Assembly (NCBI GenBank): GCA_951406725.2
Contig: OX597816.1
Span: forward strand, 98,704,001-98,768,000
Origin: Octopus vulgaris
Taxonomy: Eukaryota
Direction: 5' to 3'
DNA: 64,000 bases
A program made the translations under genes and the position numbers. This document shows, in pieces, positions 1-14,499 of this stretch; position 1 is the first letter of the stretch; each line of letters begins with the position of its first letter. The notes below the pieces were generated by a model. That model was not told where the DNA came from, did not search any database, and was given only the letters and a program-made list of their open reading frames with translations.

Positions 1-560
1 CACCCTTCTAGTCATCTACCAGTTCTTATCCTCCTGGAGATCTGCACCAAAGCAGACCCCAAAGAACTGACCCTTCCGTCTAGTGCCCGATGACGCTTGC
101 TGGTCACACGAACCTACCAAGCTGCAAATCTACCGTCTTCTCCTGGATGATTTCTGCTCCTGTCACCGATTCATACTCACTTATGGTATTGCCGATCTCT
201 TCGATATCCGATATATCCGATATTATTACGGTGAAGTCGCCTGCATAATATGACACTAAATTTCCGCATCCTCATTCACGAGGTATGCGTCTTGAAACAT
301 CCAACTTTTATAGAAAATGTTCGAGAGCCAGCACGTACAGAAGAGGCGAGAATGGACATCTTTAACAGATAGAAAGTGTGATGGTAAATAATTCAAACTT
401 TGACCAGCGCACACATGTCACCATACATTACAGCTATCCAGCCTCTTAAAACTGGATTGAAACCGGCTGCCACGAGAAGAGCCCACTAGTATTCCTAGTC
501 GATCCTATCGAAAGTATTCCATTGATGAAAATTGATCAGGGCCACAACAGGGAGCTACGG
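1..560 (-). mobile_element. Decayed L1/Tx1-clade LINE reverse transcriptase fragment
   Basis: Minus-strand manual translation gives 'TFDRID..AAGFNPVLRGWIAVMY', 'CPFSPLLYVLALE' and 'YAGDFTVIISD..YESVTGAEIIQEK', matching L1/Tx1 RT motifs (QGCPLSPLLY, YADD, xGAKINxxK); stops and frameshifts present. Confidence 0.75.
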
Positions 561-779
561 AGTGTTTGACAGCAAGAGCTTCAGTCTTGAATAGTACCGA
601 AATGCCCAGAAATTGCCTGTCTCTCGAGATATATTGTATATTGAGCATTATTTCTTTCACTGTTCCTTCTACGTCTCTATCACTCGCTGAATCTGAACTT
701 TTGTGTTAATGGAAACCCATTTATATACTACTATTTTTGTGTGTGATTCTGCCAACACCTCAAGTGTGGGATGAATATG

Positions 780-1460
780 TCAGACCGACAGTTTTCGAAT
801 TCGATCAATTTGGCATCCTTGCCAGATATATGTCTTTATGTAAGATATATACTTTAGTATCTTTGAAACAGTTGCTGCTAATGCATTGTTGTCGCTGATG
901 TATTTCTTGCTACTCACGTTGAAATTATTGCTATCCTTTGTATTGCTCTGATTATCATTATCAGTTGTTTTCCTTGTCATATATGTTGGTATGATTTAAG
1001 TCATGGAGGTGTGAACATGTTGGCCGTGGCCGTGTTTATTGTAGTGTTGCTGCCGTGTTCGTAGTAGTGGTGTTGTCGCTTTCGTTGTGTGGAATCAATT
1101 TCATTGCTGGAATTAAATTCTCCTGTTTTGTGACTATTGTTACTGTTGTCGTTTCTGCTGTTGTTTCTCGTGATAGACACAGTGTGATGCATTGCTCAGC
1201 TTCTCTCTCATTTGAGGGTTGAAGGCGGAGAACCCTCACGTGTATTGCAACTCTGAACCAGCACTATCTCTAACTTTCTGCTCCATGTCACAGAGCAGGG
1301 CGGACATCGTCAAGTTTATTTTAAAACTTATTTTTGCCCAAAGATAAAATGAAAATTTCTTTCCCAATTTTAAATCTCCAAATGGGGACAAACAAACAAT
1401 TTTGATCCTAAGAGGCCCTGGTGGCTTCAACAATCTTTTTGTAAGAATATCAAGCAACTA
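780..1460 (-). mobile_element. Possible ORF1 remnant of the same L1/Tx1 element
   Basis: Upstream of the RT on the same strand; Asn/Thr/Gln-rich short ORFs and an 'EGSPP' word like the lead-in to an ORF1 zinc knuckle; no intact CCHC. Confidence 0.25.
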
Positions 1461-3883
1461 ACAATTTTTTAAGACGCGATAAGGACAAACTTACGAGAGA
1501 AACGACGCACATACTATTTTCGTCTAAAATCTTATACATCTAAACTTTGCCTATTGCATGATACAAAAGATGAAACCATTTCACGATGCAAGTTCATAAA
1601 ACTATAAGTTTAAAAATTAATTTTGTTTGGTAATACGCCTTTCTTCCTTACGTTTCTCTGACTTGGTAATTTTGCCAAAAGTATATCTAGAACTACTCTC
1701 AAAAATCATATTCTTCACCGAATGTCGGCACATTTCACAAAATTATATGTATTTTGCTGCAAAATTTTCAATCATATTTGTTTAATTTTTTGTGTGCTTA
1801 AATTTCGAACACCTTTAAAATGATTGTGGATTTTGTACGTAAATTAGGAATACATTCTGACATAAAAAAGTACTATTTTTCTTTCGCTCCATATAACTAA
1901 ACATTAAAAAACCGTTGAAATACTCTGTGGCATGTTGCAAGAAAAAAAATATGACATTGTGGCGTTGTACGCTATTTAACAATGGATAGCTGCGACGGTG
2001 AATCCATAACAATAACAAAATCGTCTCAGCAACTGAACTGACTAGAAAATCCGTGTGGTCCAAATGTATTGCCACATATAATTGTTTTTTCCCCTAATTA
2101 TTTGCCCGTAAATTAGAACGTTATACACATTTATATGTAAACTAGGCTAAAATTAAATCAATATTTTCAAATACATCAGACTTTATATGTTACTGTTGAG
2201 GGAACCTAATTTATCTCTTTCGTTTTCTCTTTAGCTTTAGACTTATCCTTAATAACTTTGGAGGATATGGCTGTCGTAAAGTTAAACTCTAACGCAGTAC
2301 CTTTCTTATTTTCGCCAAAATCAAAATGTATATTTACATTAGTTAATAAAACGGAATCTTATTTGTATTAAAACGTACAATGCAAGGTCCTTAATTCCAA
2401 AATGAACCAGAAATGCTGAAATGTAGTCAAAATGATTTTCTATAATTCAGTCGAGTATCATATTGCTGCAAGATGGTAGAAGTAGATTGGTTGCTATATA
2501 TTCCCAGATTAGTGATGGTCGTATTCCTATTTATTCTGACATGATAAAAAAGGACTAAAGATATGATAAATTTGTTTATGACGTCTGTTTTGATGTAATT
2601 CATATTTCCAGCACGTCGTGTGTCAAGAACCAATTTCTTCATTACCTAATATTAGAAGCAGACAAGGCATTCGAACCTCTGTGCTGCAGGAATAGCAGGA
2701 CATTCTTCCTCAACTTCTAATCACGTTCGAATTTGAAGAACTTTACATGGAATTGACTGCTTCAATCTCGATATACAGCTTGGATATCAGAACACTACAC
2801 ACGTGTTTACTTCGTCACTGATTGAAAGATGTAGAAATCCTCACAGATGATAAGGTGACATAGCAACATTCTTTATAAAAAATAAAGCAATTCATCACTT
2901 CACCTTCAAAAACATTTCTCACATTCACATATGATCGCTAATTTGTACCAAATATTTACACTCGAATGAACATGACACCAGCAATCAGTATTTCACTAAA
3001 TGTGAAATCACGTACACGACACTTCATTACAAAATTTATAGAGAGGAAACACTACACAAAACATTTGTACTGCTATAAATATAAGTCAAATGCTACTATT
3101 TTCATACCATACCACTTCAGAAATTACATACAATGGTGTAATTCTAGGTACTAATTCCTAAGAAGAATGACAAAAGTCTGGTTCCACTTTTAAGCAAATG
3201 TAAGCAGGGCTATGGTTCACATGCAACTAAAGGATAAATAAATCAAGAGTTCAATTCAGTAAGTATTGAGAAGTGTGAGGTTATCAATAGATGGATTATA
3301 AAGGTCAAATTAAATCATACTAATCCCATCTTCTTAACTTTAGGTTTCTAATTATTAAGACGGAAATAAATGCAAAACACTATAAACCATTTAGTCCGAC
3401 AATCTGTCATTTTCTAGTTCTAATTTTCTAATGTCAAACTTTATAAATTACTTCTCAGTCCACACAAAATTACATACGCTGGGTTACTGACAGCTTAAAG
3501 CTAGAAGATACATCTGGTATGAGAGATGAAACGCCTGCTGTAGATGGCAAGTAAGTTAGTTGTTTGAGATATTTTTGCTCAATCATATCCTATGTACGGC
3601 CTGTAGGCGAGTGATGTGGTGTGTGTCTGTGTTTGTGTCTGTGTGCGTGTATGTGTGTGCGTGCGTGCAATGGCAACAACATCATTTAATATTAGAAACA
3701 TAGCACAGCCGGTTTTGTCAGATAAGACTAACACATTACACGAGAGATTTGGTGTTTATATGTGTGCATGCGTGTGTGAACTTGCGTCAGCGCATGTGTG
3801 TACGTGTGTGTATAAGTATAATAGGTACTTATAAGCATATGATATATATATATATAAGTATACACGCTCAAGCACACACACAT

Positions 3884-3923
<40 letters not shown>

Positions 3924-4309
3924 TATATACATAGTTCAACTTTTCTGACGGAAAACAGAGACCACATAGAAGTGCTCAAGTCGAACCAGAGACATTAGAC
4001 TGGTATAATAAATGCAATGGAAAAAGTTCAAGTTAGGCAAACTACAACGAACACATATGTGTACGAATTAACTTGAGACAGAAACTGCCCAAAATAAAGC
4101 ATATATATGTGTGCGTATATATATATATATAGAGAGAGAGATAGATAGATATATACGTGGATGTATATATATGCATATATATATGTTTATATAATGTATA
4201 AGTATATATATGTATACATATATAATGTATATATATACGTTATATATTTATATATGTATGTATATATATACACCCACGTATATATCTATATCTATCTATC
4301 TATATAGGT

Positions 4310-5197
4310 TCCAGGAGTGATGTTACAGCACAATGCTATAGCAATATCGTTAATTTGAAAAGCATCGGGGAAAAGAATACCCACAACACCCAATACAGTA
4401 ACATAGCAACTATAAACAAAATTACAAACTCACATGAAACACCCAGGAGGTTCCTCGATCCAGTTCTGAAGGATTCCTGACATCAGCAAGCATTTCATTT
4501 AGCTAACCTCTGGAAGAAGCACTGGACTCTGGTTATATTCTTGATAATTTCCTATCCCAGTTAATTACCCCAATTTTTGAAAATGGGCAACAAATCGCAT
4601 GCAATGAATTACCGATCGGCTTCCCCTCTCGTATCAAATTATTTGAGAGAGCGGTGAGATCTAGAGTAACTCACTTTCCGGAAAGTAACAGCTTGCTTAT
4701 TTCCAACCTGCATGGTTTCTGCAATGATAGAGACTACATAACCCGGCTCCTACATCATTCTGATAAATTAAAGTCTCTTGGAGAGGGCTCCAATGTTGAT
4801 GCTATATATCTTGACTCCAGCAACGTCTTCTACAAGGTTCATTACCGCATCCTATTAAATGAACTATGCAGCATGGGAGTCGGGGAGAAATTATTACATT
4901 AGATTGAATGTTTCCGAGGGAATTCTTTCTTTATAGCCCACAAGGGGCTAAACATAGACGGGAGAAACAAGGACAAACAGAGGAATTAAATCGATTACAT
5001 AGACCCCATTGCGTAACCGGTATTTATTTAATCTACCCCGAAAGGATCAAAGGGAAAATCGACCACGGTGGTATTTGAACTCAGAGCGTAACGGCAGACG
5101 AAATACCGCTAAAAGTTTCACCCGGCGTGCTAAAGATTCTGCCAGCACGCCGCACCTTTGGATTGAAAATTTCCGAGCGAATAGAACACAGCATATG
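4310..5197 (+). mobile_element. CR1-clade LINE RT fragment, interrupted by a SINE
   Basis: ORF 4654-4902 'SNLHGFCNDRDYITRLLHH..GSNVDAIYLDSSNVFYKVHYRILL..MGVGEKLL' matches CR1 RT (QHGF..DxIYLDFxKAFDKVxH); the protein resumes after the SINE as 'WIENFRANRTQH'. Confidence 0.8.
4919..5157 (-). mobile_element. tRNA-derived SINE family A, full length, with degenerate TSD
   Basis: Reverse complement aligns with the family A copy at 37095-37323; flanked by gattgaatgtttccgag (4902-4918) and gattgaaaatttccgag (5161-5177). Confidence 0.85.
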
Positions 5198-5220
5198 TTT
5201 ATCTTTCTCTCTATCTATCT

Positions 5221-5433
5221 AAAGAAGCGTTCCGATGATCAGGCTTCCGTTTGCTGCCAACACCCGCTAAAAGGAGGGCTGGGCATGCCGTGGTTGATGA
5301 TGCGCAGACATGCGCTCAGATATCTCCGGCTCTACGTAGGCGACGCGGTGAACAGGTGTGGTCGCCGTTTGTGAGACGCGCTTTCTCGCAGCTCGTCTCC
5401 ACGACCGAACTGCACCCGTGTATCAAAAAGAGG
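5221..5433 (+). mobile_element. L1/Tx1 ORF2 fragment (post-RT region)
   Basis: 'SVCCQHPLKGGLGMPWLMMRRHALR' followed by 'EQVWSPFVRRAF'; GGLG motif typical of L1/Tx1 ORF2 after the RT; GC-rich island. Confidence 0.65.
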
Positions 5434-6967
5434 TATATATTTGTGTGTGTATATGCCTGTGAATGTGTGTGTGTATGTATTTATGTTTATATATATATAT
5501 ATATATATACACGCACACACCACACACACACACACATCTTTAGACAAAACTTCCCTCTCTACTCTCACTTTCCCTTTCAGGTGATACTTGAAAAAGTTGA
5601 ATAGAGGTTGACCAGAGAGGAACGTGTTTGTCTCTAGGCCTTTCTGACGTGTCCATCATACATATTCTTTAGCCATAGCACAAGTACGATAAAAATTCCT
5701 CTCTATGTTCGGCTCTGTGTAGCTAATAAAACTATCTATCTATAAATAAATATCAAATTACCGGCGCATATAATCGTTTTTTAATTTATATTTTTCTGTA
5801 GAAGATTGCTACAAGCTTCATTAGAAAACAATAGGCTTATCTAGTTGTTGGATATCATATTCTTACTAGTTACTTTAAAATTAGTAGAAATGAAGTTAAG
5901 AGACAATATATCTGTCTATTATTATTGTTATTATTATTACTATTATTACTGTTTTTGCTATAATAACAATTTTCTAAAGTCTTATAGCAGCTGTCAATTG
6001 CATTCACTGTTAAAGAATAATTTTGCGAACAAAATTCGAACAATAATTATTTCATTAATTGCCATGATATTTTCATTGTGTCTGGCAGCCAATCATATCC
6101 TTACTTCGAAGTGTCAGTCTTTCGTTCAAACATTCTCAATTACTTCTAGCTTCAACATCATATTGTATAAATGATGTAACGAAGTTCAAAAATACTACAA
6201 GTAATATGGTCATTGTGGAAAGCTGTTGTATAATTGTAATTTAACCTGCAGCGATGATGGGTCAGCGCCTTGAATGATGTCAGCGAATGAGGTGAACCGT
6301 AGAAAATAATGCAGAACTAATTTTGTTGAACATTATTTCACAAACAACCTGCTAAAGGACATAAAATGTCACAAAATAAATTTGTTTGGAATATTTTTAA
6401 TTTTTAGCCTCCACTTGCCGATATCGCAATAACTCATGACAAAGCAAGCAAAAATATTAATATAAACACTTAAATATGTTCCTAGCAAGTGATATGACTT
6501 CAAAGTGCATTTTCCTTTATTTAATAAAATCAGTTTCTACATTATAAATCAACATATTTTGCTGAAAAAACATTATACACCAATTTGGTTTTAAATCACA
6601 TTTCAAGTGAAAATAAATAATATATTATTAAAGTAACGTGTTTTAGTAAATATATTCTCATTGCTGTAATTTGATGGAAATGAGTCTTGCAGATGTAAAA
6701 TCTCATTAACCCAATTGAGAGAATTATAACTGAACCTCTCAGCAGGTGACAGAGGTACTATAAGTCTGCATGCATGTATTTATATATATATATATATATA
6801 TGCATATGTGATTTTATTCAACATATTTCATTCTCAGATTCACACATTTATTGAAGCGATCATTCAGCTTTTCTAAGACTTGTAAAACAACTCAAAGATA
6901 GTTGGACATCCAGTCATGCATTAAGCAATACCCTTAAGACCAAAGCTTTTCAGCTCCACCTAGTGTA

Positions 6968-6994
<27 letters not shown>

Positions 6995-6999
<5 letters not shown>

Positions 7000-7113
7000 T
7001 TGTGTGGGCCTGTACAGCCACAAAAGACGCTGCACCATCATCAGCAGTTGACACGATTTGTTTGGGCGTAGATCCATGGCCTCTCGAGACCGACGGATGC
7101 CTATTACGACTAC
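6995..7113 (+). mobile_element. RTE-clade LINE 3' terminus
   Basis: '[12 protein letters not shown]' C-terminal motif, then CCATGGCCTCTCGAGACCGACGGATGCCTA and a short ACT-like tail, as in RTE 3' ends. Confidence 0.7.
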
Positions 7114-7184
7114 TATATATATACACACACACATATATATATATGACTGTATACACAGAGATACACACACTCACACACACACAT

Positions 7185-7237
<53 letters not shown>

Positions 7238-7256
7238 ATATATATATACATATATT

Positions 7257-7325
<69 letters not shown>
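7113..7325. repeat. (CA)n/(TA)n microsatellite
   Basis: Dinucleotide runs seen directly. Confidence 0.95.
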
Positions 7326-7329
<4 letters not shown>

Positions 7330-7744
7330 ACTGACGGTACATGAACCCGTAATTTAATTTTCGACCTTTAAAGAATAACAATGAATTCCTTCAAATCACA
7401 GGACGTCGGCATGAAATATCGGATAGCTATAATGTAGTTCTGCATAAACTGCATAACGTTTTGACGATTGTTCTTCATAAGTTTGCTGCATGAGTGGTGG
7501 CACAATCTGATGTTGAACAACCAGAATAGCACACATCATCAGGTACAAGAATTAAACTTCTCAGTTTATTGAAAAAGCAAATTACAGAACTTATGTCATG
7601 ATATAATAATTCGTATATTTTCCAGTTTCTCTAACGGCAATCGTGTTTGTTACTGGCGAATTTCTATATGGACACACAGACATACATATGCACGTATAAA
7701 TGCTTGTCGGTCTGTGATTGTATAGGCAGACAGAACAGACTGAT

Positions 7745-7829
7745 ATATAGATAGATAAATTAACAGACAGACAGACAGATAGATAGATAGACAGATAGAT
7801 AGATAGAGGGATAGATAGATAGATGGAGG

Positions 7830-7921
<92 letters not shown>
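7745..7921. repeat. (GATA)n/(GACA)n microsatellite
   Basis: Tetranucleotide run seen directly. Confidence 0.95.
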
Positions 7922-7947
7922 TCACACTCACATATATCGCATATATA

Positions 7948-8056
7948 TACGATGTTCTTCATTAAGTTTCCTTCTACCAAACCCACTCGCAAGGCTTTGG
8001 TCGGCCGAGGCTATCGTAGAAGACACATGCCCAAGGTGCCACGCTGAACCAGGAAC
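7948..8056 (-). mobile_element. SINE family B internal fragment
   Basis: aaggctttggtcggccgaggctatcgtagaagacacatgcccaaggtgccacgc matches copies at 33181-33546 and 62715-62882. Confidence 0.8.
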
Positions 8057-10446
8057 TGTGTGTGTATGTATGTTTGTGTATGTATATATATTTGTTTAAT
8101 AACTTACTATGTAAAGTATACTGGATATGAAATAACCTTCTTGTATTATGATATACTCCATACATTTGTTAATTAGAACACATATTTATGTTATAGATTA
8201 TGTACATTCCGATTATTGTGCATTTGATCATCACATCAGATATTATAGCATGACTTCTCTATAACTTTGCTCACGATATTGATTAGCTTTTCTCTAGCCC
8301 TGACCTATCTCACAAATTTCTATAGATAGCCTTCATTAGCAATCCTTCCTTATGTATATTATTCACTACATATATCATCTTGTATATCATTTCATTATTT
8401 CATGTGTAATTTGTTGGTTTTATTTGGTCAGATCATACTGTAAATTCACAGTCAGTAATTCTTTTGAAAATGTACTCATGATTTGTACTGACTCAGGAAT
8501 TTGAGCTTAGCGTAGAAATAAAAACATAACAAATCTTTAATATGGAGATTCAATTTTTTTCCAGTGAGAGATATTTTCCTTTCAGTTAAGCCGGTCCAGT
8601 TACTTATGAACAGAGATAACATTGTTCATAGGCATCTGATAGCGACTGGCAAAACTCTTTTATCTTCATATCTGGCTAATAGGCACGAAATTCATAATTC
8701 TTGTTACATTTCTACTCTCTGAAAAACCGCTTGTTCTTATATACATTTGACGTTTGTATTTGCTTAGGTGACAACTTGCAAAACCTTAATAATTATTTAA
8801 AAGATAAGCACTACATAAAACTTTGAAATATAGCCTCTGGTGAATTCACCGTGTGTCATATTAGACAAGTCATATTACCAATGAAAGTAGCGTCTAAGTT
8901 TTCATGACACTTCATTTTTTTCATTTCAAAACTTTTTCGGTAAACTTAATTATTGTTGTTTTTCCACGTCTGTTCAACAAATTTTATAAATTTTTCTTGT
9001 CGCATTTTTCTCTAAATCCTATCCATATATCTTCCAGTTTCTTTATGTGATACATTTTTTTGGTCTTTTGCGGCGTATTCTAGATATCTATCTTTCCATA
9101 ACATATCGCATCCTTTTGTTTATCTCTATATTTTTGTCTTACATTGGGAGCCATTTTTATTCTGTTAAGCTACAATCTATAATTCTCTATGTTGCTTTCA
9201 TAGTATTTCAAATATTTACGTATTTCTTTTCATACTGTTTTGTCTTTTGTTTATATATTATCCAGTTTCTAGAAGTATCCTTCCTTGTAATTTATTTCAC
9301 CAGGAAATTTTTCCTATTTTTATCTCCACCAGCTTTTCGATCAGTCTTTATTCCAATCATTTTACCACTAGGCTATTGTTACTTCTTTTATATTTTACAT
9401 TGCAATTGCGTCTTTGTACTGTATTAATGTTCTTCTACGATGCTTCCAACCCTTTGTTTTCTGGAGATTCTTTTTGTACTATATTCACTTCATAGTTCTT
9501 ACATTATGTTTATGCTGAATCGATCTTCTTTCTAATTCATTTTATTTTAGTTGGTTTTCATTGTTTATTCCCTACTATCATATCTTACTCCTCATTTGCT
9601 TTTTATATTCCTATTTTGCAGATTATCGAGGTACCATCGATTGCATAGATGGAATCATTTAATGTAGTACGAGGTGAATTGTGAGGTTCAATAAATCACC
9701 TATTCTGAGTCCTATTGAATGCTTAGATATTTTAGAAATATAATCACATAGTTACAGTTTCAAACGATTCCAAATATTTTACTGCAATATTAAGTACACC
9801 AGAACTGCTATTCTTTAATGTAAATACACGAGGCTTGAAGAACAGACTGAAATTTCTAAATAAATTTTATGTGCGTGTATGTTCGGAAATCTGTCAGTGG
9901 TCTGTGTATATGTTGAATGATAATTTCTCACGTTTCTGGACACTTAGTATAAAGCAGATGTGTAGTGAATTTTAAAACTTTTTAAGGAAAATCTACGAAT
10001 GCCAACAAGTAGTAAACATGACAGCGTCCGGGTGCAAAACCACATCTGGTAAATTGGATTAATAAAACAAAAGAACAAGAAATAAAGCGTAGAAGCTCGT
10101 ATGCGTGAATACACACACGCATGCTCACACATACACACAAGTATCTATTTACATAAATATGCAATAATAGAGAGAGAGAGAGAGAGAGAGAGACGCATAT
10201 ATATATATATATATATATAATATATTGCAATAATATATTGCATTCCTGCATTCTTGCGTTATATGTGTGTTATTGTGAATAACCAATTGATTGCAAGAAT
10301 AATAAAAGAATAGTACAGTAAGGAGTAATGTCTAGGCTACATGTTATATATGCATGTACATATTTGTATACATATATATGTGTTTGTGTATGTTTGTGTC
10401 TCTTTGTGTGTATGAGTGTCTGTGTGTGTGTCTGTGTTTGTATATG

Positions 10447-10740
10447 TGCGTGGCTTAGTGGTTAGTCTATTCGGTTCACGATCGTAAGATTGTAAGCGTG
10501 ATTCTCGACGGTGCGATATCTCCTGAGGAAGACACTATCTTTCACGATGTTGTAGTAAACTCAGTTGGCAAAAAGGATTAGTACCCGTATTTCAAAGGCC
10601 CAGCGTTGTCACATTCTTTATTACGCTCAATCTTCCTGAGAACTATGTTAAGATTACAAGTATCTGTGAAATGCTCAGCAATTTGCACTCTAATTTCAAG
10701 ATCAACTGGAACCCGTGTCATCCTAACCGACGGAGTGCTA
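10447..10740 (+). mobile_element. SINE family C (tRNA head), decayed
   Basis: A-box TGGCTTAGTGG head and body similar to the 18284-18527 copy (aagacact..cacg..ctcag.tggc.aaaa). Confidence 0.7.
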
Positions 10741-10762
10741 TTATATATATATATATATGTGT

Positions 10763-10811
<49 letters not shown>

Positions 10812-11299
10812 TGTGTGTGTGTGTGCGTATGTTTATACATGCGTGAGTGGAGTGAAGATTATTTATGCAAGTAGGAGGTGCAAGGATAAAATTGGCCGAG
10901 AACTTCATAACACTCTAGCTAACACTAATCATGCAGTAACTCCTCTCACTTAACTCTTTACATTTCTCACCTTCGCATTTCCATATTTACTCTCATAGAG
11001 TTAAGACAACAAAGTTTTACTTTCACAAAGAATTCTTTCCTGGGGCTATTTTTAAATGACATACTGAAACATCATTTTCTGGCTAATAAAGGCTGGTGCG
11101 AAAGATTTAAGTTTCAGTTCAATTTGCTCAACACAAATATGGTTGATTAAGGTATCCATTCTTATTCGGAAGTTACTATTAAACACCCTGAGTAGTTATT
11201 GATGGAGTGAGTTACGCATAATATCAATGTCCATGAAACTATTTTTCCAAATGATATTGCCTCCTAGAATGTTCTTCTCGAGAAGAAAGGAAATCGGCA

Positions 11300-12770
11300 C
11301 CAGGATTTAAAGCTACACCGTCTGACACTTCTTCTGGGAGGAAATCTCACTGATTATATGAAATGAAATATTCTACTCGTATATCACAGCAAATATCCCA
11401 ATTCTTCAAATGTTATGCAAGTTTAATTTGCTTTGAAGTTGTATTCAAATAAGAAGTTATGGTTGTATACGAGTCTTTTCCAAGAGTGATTTACAATCAA
11501 TTTTCGTCCTGCTGTACACAATACGGTGCCAGACGTTATATTTCGAACGAATATTTGCTATGTTATGACAATGCATTGAATCATCCATTGAAAATAAATT
11601 AACTTGCTGATAATGTAAGAGAATAATATATTCTCAAGATAACGTATTTGCTCCAGCCAATAAATATGCGAGTGTATGAGATACTAAATACAGTTTGTCC
11701 ATGTCCTTGAAGTTGTTTACTAAAATACAGACTTAAGTTCAACAAATGAGAGATAATTTGCAATCTGAGTTCGAATCCAATGAGGTCCACTTTACTATTC
11801 GAAGTTGAGGTAAAAAATGCTCATTCCCATGCCCGTTAAACTTTCTTTTCTTCCATGTGTTACAACCTGAAAATCTCTGTAAGTTCATAAGACACTTGAA
11901 AACATGTTAATGTTGACTCATGCATTGCACCTAAAATAAATAGTAAAATCATTATTCAAGCGGCCCTGACATACTCGCTTGCATGCGACTATTCTATTGT
12001 ATGTATTTCTTCCAGTAGCCGCAAATGAAGCGTGTCTAATCACGGTGCAACAGGAATGTCATATTCCCGTTAAATCTGACGGTTTGTCAATTTCGTCTAT
12101 AGTATTTCGCTGCCTATAGCATGTTTTTGTTGGTTTTGTTTTCTCTGATAATTTTGGAAATTTTAAAATTTTGTGATATGGCTTGATGTTTAACACAATA
12201 GCTGTCGCCACTGATGCATAAGCTAGACCGTGAAGCAGTGGTAAAGATTAAATGCACCTTACTTGTTCTTATCTTAAATCATGAAGTAGATTGGGCTCTC
12301 ATAGGAAGCAAGTTATATTACCCAAATGGTGGTTTTGTACGTGTCTCTTCAAAAGCCCAATATTTTCTCCGATACATAAGAATTTCCTCGGCACATTAGT
12401 TGAAGGAGAACAGCTTTGTCACTATTAAGATGATTGTGCCAGAGGCTTTGTACCTTATTGCTTCTTTCATATCAGCTACATTGGACACAATTTACGGAAA
12501 ATTAGTCCTCCATGTGGTAGTTAACTTTCGTTTCAATGTGTGTCATCTATTCAATCTTCTTTGTTGTAAGAAACATATTAACATTCTCAACAGAAGCCAG
12601 TAAGTCATTCGCGTGATATATTGAAACCTTGTGAAAGCAAGATGATTAGCATGTTAACTTGTATATCTTAGGAAGATAAAGGTTTTGCTGATTTCTTGAT
12701 CACTTCTGCCTATTGGTCAGGGCCAGGACATAGACTTTACTTCATTTCCTCTCCTTTGTGATTTTCAGGG
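11300..12770 (-). mobile_element. Highly decayed hAT-type transposase remnant
   Basis: Minus-strand fragments in the expected order: 'GPDQ', 'DKPSDLTG..CTVIRH' (cf. DETxDxxG.EQ..CIRY), 'ASMSG' (cf. DGAxxMSG), 'SKQLQGHGQTV'; many stops; no TIRs found. Confidence 0.45.
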
Positions 12771-12914
12771 ACTGAATCGTTTGCGTGTGTAAGAACGTGT
12801 GTTTTTATGTGTCTATATATGCGTGTGCGTTTGTGTGTGAGTGTGTGTGTAGGAATTCGTATGTATGCATCCAAGTATATGTATATATCTATGTATAACT
12901 ACTGGTATGTATTG

Positions 12915-12946
<32 letters not shown>

Positions 12947-13640
12947 AGTGTGTGTGTGTGTGTGAGTGTGTGTGTGTGTGTGTATACATGCACTCGCGCG
13001 CGCACACACACATACACTGATAGACATAATGTGACAATCATCCCGAAATTAATTTTAGATCTCATTTGTTAATTTTGCTTATATTTGTTTATTTGGTTAA
13101 TGTCACTGCTCCTGTGTATGTCAGCAGGAAACTGCGTATCCATATGTGTGTAGCACTGTGTGAGTATGCGTAACTTTAGTCCACCAGATATTCAGTAAAG
13201 ATTTTGTTTATTATACATTGTTCCACAAATTGTATAATGCAACGTAAATGAAATCTTGAACAATGTGTACATATAAATATCCCTCTGTCTTTCTCCACCT
13301 ATACACACATACATACATACATATATTTGTGTGTATGTGTCTGTTCCTGTTGGTATGCATTTGTATCCTCTGTGCGTGCGTTTACTCACGTACTCGGAAA
13401 CGCACATAGAAACATACGCAGACAAACACAAACTCACACACGCGCTATATTTTGTAGATTGCACTAAATTGGTTTTCTAAGATATCGGAATTGATTAACT
13501 TATTTCAACACTCCTATCGGCTGTTGCAATATATTGTAGATTATAAATATCACTTTGATTTATAATATAGAAACCGACATGATATTTAATCAGCACGCTG
13601 CTTAATATGGGATATCACTTTTCAGTCAAGTGGAAAAGAC

Positions 13641-13657
13641 GGCCGCTAGATGGCAAC
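13641..13657 (+). promoter_or_regulatory. CTCF-like binding motif
   Basis: GGCCGCTAGATGGCAAC fits the CTCF core CCRCYAGRKGGCR in otherwise AT-rich unique sequence; motif match only. Confidence 0.35.
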
Positions 13658-13769
13658 CGGGTATATTAGACGATTAATCAAGAATTCATAATTTCCTGTC
13701 CATCGTCATTATTTGAAATTTATCAATATGAAAATGTACGAAAACAGATAACTTTCATATATACATATG

Positions 13770-13831
13770 CAAACAGACTCTCACACTCACACTCACACTC
13801 ACGCACACACACAAACACAAACAGACATATC

Positions 13832-13882
<51 letters not shown>

Positions 13883-14055
13883 GTATGTATGTGTGTATAT
13901 ACTCACATCTAAATACATATATATGTACATATAAATATGTATAGGAATCTGTGAGTATGTATATATGTATACACATGCAAATGCATATATACGTATATAT
14001 ATATATATGTATATATTTATATACATACGTACATACATACATTTTCATACATATA
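13770..14055. repeat. Compound CA/TA/TACA microsatellite
   Basis: Seen directly. Confidence 0.9.
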
Positions 14056-14499
14056 TGCTAGTGTGTGCCTGTTCGTAAGTACGTGTCTATGCTTGTCATT
14101 ACGTACATGCATATTTATACAAGCGCGTGCGTATATATATTTGATAAATATATATTTGGAACCACACTTGATTTAATAATGATATCTATGAGTGAATAGT
14201 AGTGTTTGTTAATTGATGGAAATGATTAAAGTACGAAATTCAGTGAGATACACTAGGTGTAGGGAAGAAGCACATAACAGCTGTCAGTGGACAATGGGGT
14301 TTTGAAAATTTTAACTCGTTTTGTTCATGAAAAATTGCTTTTAAAGAAAAGTCGGGTATGATTGAAACGTTCAAAGGCTGATTATAAAGGAGCAACATTG
14401 ACTACGAAAAAGCGACACTATGAAGGCTGACAATGAAGAAGTAACGCTTTCCTATTAGTAACTGCAGAGTTATTAATAGGAATATTTCTCTTTACAATT

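Noticed and set aside
9047-9495. Hydrophobic 126-aa ORF resembling a membrane protein
   Set aside because: Results from strong T skew (likely the antisense of an A-rich decayed retroelement); no domain motif or splice structure.
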